Virus record (IMG/VR): IMGVR_UViG_3300031087_000001
DNA: 64,000 bases
From: a virus
Reading direction: 5' to 3' (one strand)
Shown here: positions 60,488 to 64,000 of the stretch, in pieces
Layout of the letters: every line of letters begins with the position of its first letter
How positions within the stretch are numbered: the first letter of the stretch is position 1
The notes under the pieces: generated by a model
What the model was told of the DNA's origin: nothing
Database searches by the model: none
The model's input: the letters and a program-made list of their open reading frames with translations, nothing else
Position numbers and translations under genes: made by a program

Positions 60488-63229
60488 TTAGAGCGGAATA
60501 TCGTCGTCAGTGTTGTCGTCGGTATTGGCGTTGTCGTCAGTCGGATTATCATTGTTAGCATTGTCGTCATCTAACAGGTTATCCGAATCACCACCCGTGC
60601 CACCTGCTCCATCATCACTGATGTCGTCGGTACCGTCATTCAGGTTCAGGTCATCGTCCCCACCTAAACCGCCATCACCTCCGTCCCCGCCGTCGTTATT
60701 GTCACCTCCGAAGCCACCATCAAAGCCACCGCCTGCCCCAGCATTTGCATCCAGGTCGGCATTGCTGGCCAGCGTCTCAATCTTACCTGAGACACGTTTG
60801 GCAAGCTGAATCAGCGTCTTACTTCCGGCAGCCACCTCATCGGAAATCATCTTCACGTTATCCTGACGTTTCTCATCGTCGTAGATAAGGTCGAAGAAGT
60901 CATTCTCAATACCTTGCTTACGCAGCCAGTTACGAGCGTAGAAGGTTTTGAGCATGGTCTTCAGGTCGTCAGGCGAGATCCCGATACCTTCGTTCTGCAG
61001 GCTGTTGTTCATGTCATCCGTCACAACCAGATCAGCCAGTTTCTCGAAGAACTCCATGCGCTTATCGAACAGATCCATTTGCGATGCTGCTGCAGACGTA
61101 TCCGGTGGCGGTAAGGTTACTTTCATACCGTTGATAAACTTCGCCAGAATCTCCGAGGTCTTCTGCGTAATCACATCAGTCGTGACACCAGGATCGGCTT
61201 CACGCAGATGCTCCACAATGATTTTAATCAGAGCGGATTGCAGTGCAGGTGAGGCTTGCAGGGAGTTGGTAACATAACGGGTCAGTGGCGTTGAGAGAAT
61301 TTCCTGCTTCTTGGTAATCTGCTGAGTAACCAGAAGGGACTTCGAGAAAATCTGCGAAGCGAACTCCAGGTTCTCTGGCGTCAGTACCAGGTCAGGGTCA
61401 ACACCTGCCAGGTGACATGTACGGCGCAGCAAGGTCTCATCGAATTCCGCGTTCGGTTCTTTATAGTCCGGCGTGTTATCCTGCTGAGTAATCTTGGTGC
61501 TGGCGTAGTAGTCGTTCCCGGTAACGTTAAAGGCCAGTCCCGCGTTCGAAGCCATTGACCAGATATCATTCATATCCCCCCACTGCGGTTGGCGGCGGTT
61601 ATAGGAGTTGATGATATCGGCTTTGGCCTGGTCAACCGTTTTCTGACCGTTCATGTCGTCCGGTGACAGTTCAATGTCGAACTGCATGTGACGTGCAGAG
61701 TTCAGAATCGCCGAGTTCATGGTCGCAAACAGCAGCGCCATACGCACAGACGAGATAATGAACGAACGTTCAGTGATGGAAACCCCGATACCGTCTTCGT
61801 CGAAGTCGGTGGCGAAGTAGCACAGGTTGCTTGCAGGGATATAGATAACCTGGGTGTGGCGTTTGGCCAGGTGGCGTGCCAGCATGATACGACCAAACGT
61901 TTCTGTTACCGTCATGCTCAGCTCAGCACCACCCAGTGCGTCACCCAACGCTTTAGTCAGCTGGTCTTCGGCAATCTCACCATAGCGGGCAGTCAGACGT
62001 GCAGCAATATCCGGCGTGACCCGTGTGGTGTTACCCATTCCGAGGTTCGCGCGGTTAATGATACTGTCATTCATCCCGTCGTTGTTCAGGTAGTTCATGA
62101 AGTTCGCATCGCCGTACAACGAGGAACGCGAGTTAATGAAGTTACCCATTTCATCGACAATGGCCAGATAGCCGATGGGATTTCGTACATCATCGCCAAT
62201 CACCAACGGTAAGGTTGATTCCGCAGGCAGCAGACGTTCGATGTACTCGATTTTGTTAGCATCCGCCATGGAGATAGTTGGCACTTCACCATACATCTTC
62301 ACAGACGGTGTGGACTTGTACGCCTCGTTCAAATCCCCGAGATTGATGAGCCCCGCTTTTGCTGCTTGTTCATCACGGTCTTTGAAGCCGTCAGCATCAT
62401 ACTGCGATGAACCAGATGGCGTGCTAGGCTGTTCATATGCGTACTGCTCCAGTTGCCCATACAGCTGCGTGCGCGCATTCTCTTGCGCGACACGGCGATA
62501 GGCTTCTGGCAGTAAAGTAATCTTCGGGTTATCGGTGAGGGCCAGGTCGAGCTTGAAGCCTTCGGCGAAACATTTATCGCCTTTGGCGAAGTCGATGGTC
62601 AGTGTTTGTGGTTTGGCTTTTCTGGTTTGCCCGCGGGCACGACCCAGAATGCTTTCTACACCAACCTTCGGCGCAGCTTCTGGATTAACATCACCGAGAA
62701 TCCCCAGCTGTTGTTCAAAGAAGTCCGCCTGTGATTTCCTGACCGACTCCTGGGCCACGTTCGGCTTTAACCCAAAGAGTTCGTCAAACCCGGTGTCTGA
62801 GAGAATCATCACCGGTGAGGCACCTTTGGATTTCAGCGCATCGTACATCCACTGGTAAAGTTTCTTCGGCAGATCGCGTGTCTTGTCGTGGAACTCACGT
62901 ACCGGTTCCAACATTGCTGCTCGTAAATCAATCGGGATATCAGCAGTGTTGTCGTAAATCAGCGTGGTATTAATCAAATCTTTTGTGGACAGGAGTGATG
63001 ACGTCGCAATGGTGACGATTATCTCCAGTTCCGGTAACGCATCGTAAATACGCTCAGCGTTCTTCACTGTGCGGATGCGAGAACTCGCGATACCGGTGAG
63101 TTCTGACCGGGTAGGTGTTACGCCGCCTTCTTCACGTTTTCCGCGCTCTTGCGAGGAAGCTGGGCCTGTGCTTTTACGCAAGACCGCTGAAATGGCGGGG
63201 TCGCCCGTTAATTTACTATAATCGTCCAT
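60488..63229 (-). CDS. Putative portal protein (913 aa) with long Gly/Asp/Asn-rich acidic C-terminal tail ending DDDIPL
   Basis: It is a large ORF a few genes from the capsid-sized gene, as expected for phiKZ/SPN3US-type portals (from memory, not verified). The C-terminal 83 aa are low-complexity acidic. No portal motif can be confirmed by eye. Confidence 0.4.
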   Translation of the reverse strand: MDDYSKLTGDPAISAVLRKSTGPASSQERGKREEGGVTPTRSELTGIASSRIRTVKNAERIYDALPELEIIVTIATSSLLSTKDLINTTLIYDNTADIPIDLRAAMLEPVREFHDKTRDLPKKLYQWMYDALKSKGASPVMILSDTGFDELFGLKPNVAQESVRKSQADFFEQQLGILGDVNPEAAPKVGVESILGRARGQTRKAKPQTLTIDFAKGDKCFAEGFKLDLALTDNPKITLLPEAYRRVAQENARTQLYGQLEQYAYEQPSTPSGSSQYDADGFKDRDEQAAKAGLINLGDLNEAYKSTPSVKMYGEVPTISMADANKIEYIERLLPAESTLPLVIGDDVRNPIGYLAIVDEMGNFINSRSSLYGDANFMNYLNNDGMNDSIINRANLGMGNTTRVTPDIAARLTARYGEIAEDQLTKALGDALGGAELSMTVTETFGRIMLARHLAKRHTQVIYIPASNLCYFATDFDEDGIGVSITERSFIISSVRMALLFATMNSAILNSARHMQFDIELSPDDMNGQKTVDQAKADIINSYNRRQPQWGDMNDIWSMASNAGLAFNVTGNDYYASTKITQQDNTPDYKEPNAEFDETLLRRTCHLAGVDPDLVLTPENLEFASQIFSKSLLVTQQITKKQEILSTPLTRYVTNSLQASPALQSALIKIIVEHLREADPGVTTDVITQKTSEILAKFINGMKVTLPPPDTSAAASQMDLFDKRMEFFEKLADLVVTDDMNNSLQNEGIGISPDDLKTMLKTFYARNWLRKQGIENDFFDLIYDDEKRQDNVKMISDEVAAGSKTLIQLAKRVSGKIETLASNADLDANAGAGGGFDGGFGGDNNDGGDGGDGGLGGDDDLNLNDGTDDISDDGAGGTGGDSDNLLDDDNANNDNPTDDNANTDDNTDDDIPL
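60491..60739 (-). repeat. Coding low-complexity Gly/Asp/Asn-rich acidic tail (83 aa) ending DDDIPL
   Basis: GAGGGFDGGFGGDNNDGGDGGDGGLGGDDDLNLNDGTDDISDDGAGGTGGDSDNLLDDDNANNDNPTDDNANTDDNTDDDIPL. Confidence 0.9.
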
Positions 63230-63240
63230 TGGGGTCTCCG

Positions 63241-64000
63241 ATGCAGAGATTTAACATATTTCGAGATCAGGCCATCGCGCTCGCTAAATCCTTGATTATT
63301 AAATCGGATTCGATAGCACAGCAGATGAACCTGGCAATTAGAGAAAGTGGCGGCTACGTTGCTGAGAACCGCGCGACCTGGCGTTACTACCTGCACTTAG
63401 CAGGCAAACGTCATGCCATTGATAAACCGATTTACATTACGTCGCTGGACAGTGATAACAATGAGCAGATAGAACTCACGGCAGCGAACCTGTCTCGTCA
63501 TAAAAAGACCTCTAACGTTTATCGATCGAACCCCGAGTACATCGACCAGTTGATTCTCAACAATCTCGACTACGCGGTGTACATCCGCGGGGTATTCTGG
63601 CCGGTAGATTTGGACTACGCATTACGCGTTGACGACTGCTCTATTCTCTATTACGACCCATCGTTAGTTGAGTCACAGGAGACCTCGCTGATTCCGACAC
63701 TGGAAGCGCGTATCCGGGCGTTGCATGTCCGGTATATGTCAGAAGGGTGGAAGGTACACAACGATGCGTTTGTGTTAGCGTTCTACTCCATGCTGTTTCC
63801 GAACCTGCCAGGGATTATCATTTACCTGCGCGGATGTTTGCAACACACCACGGAAACGCACAGCTACTACGTGACAGAGTTCCTGGCATCGCACCAAGAG
63901 CTGCACGAGTTCATGCCGTACCTGACGCAGAAGCAGAAATTCATTCTGTATCGTAACATCCGTTACTGGGAGCGTAACTCCGGGAAAGAAGAAATCTTTT
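63241..64000 (+). CDS. Hypothetical protein, 5' part (3' end outside window)
   Basis: Not in the ORF track because it has no stop in the window. I translated it by hand as MQRFNIFRDQAIALAKSLIIKSDSIAQQMNLAIRESGGYVAENRATWRYYLHLAGKRH..., open to nt 64000. ATG lies 11 nt from the divergent start at 63229. Confidence 0.7.
   Translation, partial: MQRFNIFRDQAIALAKSLIIKSDSIAQQMNLAIRESGGYVAENRATWRYYLHLAGKRHAIDKPIYITSLDSDNNEQIELTAANLSRHKKTSNVYRSNPEYIDQLILNNLDYAVYIRGVFWPVDLDYALRVDDCSILYYDPSLVESQETSLIPTLEARIRALHVRYMSEGWKVHNDAFVLAFYSMLFPNLPGIIIYLRGCLQHTTETHSYYVTEFLASHQELHEFMPYLTQKQKFILYRNIRYWERNSGKEEIF

Noticed and set aside
4968-60739. Gly-rich runs as sequencing or assembly artefacts or slippage-prone microsatellites
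   Set aside because: Codon choice varies within each run and the reading frames stay open to sensible stops followed by terminators. The repeats are therefore real coding low-complexity regions.
1-64000. Search for tRNA genes, CRISPR repeats, integrase/transposase/IS ends, and HNH or GIY-YIG homing endonucleases
   Set aside because: I could find no cloverleaf-compatible intergenic segments; the intergenic spaces are almost all under 130 nt and are filled by terminators and promoters. There are no spaced direct-repeat arrays and no recombinase or homing-endonuclease motifs in any ORF. Scanning by eye could miss a small RNA.

Overview
The window reads as a contiguous stretch of a giant (jumbo) phiKZ-related myovirus genome with enterobacterial-style codon usage, not a bacterial chromosome. 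I call about 59 tightly packed ORFs, many with start/stop overlaps. Most are on the + strand, with five minus-strand islands (10085-10408, 22813-24603, 28225-32480, 50109-51674, 60488-63229). I found no tRNA, rRNA, CRISPR array, integrase or IS element.

Recognisable coding content:
- Five pieces of split multisubunit RNA polymerase: a beta-prime N piece with DFDGD (1-674), a beta C half (10477-12717), a beta-prime C half (12717-14822), a second beta-prime middle piece (20943-22250) and a beta N half (56607-58382).
- An Mre11/SbcD-type nuclease, an SSB-like protein, a DExH helicase, the N-terminal part of a split family-B DNA polymerase and a DnaB-like ATPase.
- Dihydrofolate reductase and an HExxH membrane peptidase.
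- A capsid-sized, highly expressed ORF (52226-54535), a portal-sized ORF (60488-63229) and a tandem pair of paralogous head-protein-like genes (35344-37955).

Regulatory content:
- Seven + strand copies of a 14-nt element AGATA(G/T)ATATTA(T/C)C lie in front of transcription units and are candidate phage-RNAP promoters.
- A second leader element, TCGACCATTAYC, recurs four times.
- About 18 stem-loop terminators are present, many with UUCG loops and five sharing one stem core.

Unusual themes:
- Gly-rich low-complexity tails occur on six proteins.
- SSB/T7-gp2.5-like acidic C-terminal tips occur on three proteins; one ends DDDIPL.
- Three divergent gene pairs have start codons only 11-26 bp apart.

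From memory only, the gene order and sizes resemble Salmonella phage SPN3US-type phages. Most ORFs have no motif I can recognise and are called hypothetical. All functional calls rest on motifs read by eye, with no database search.
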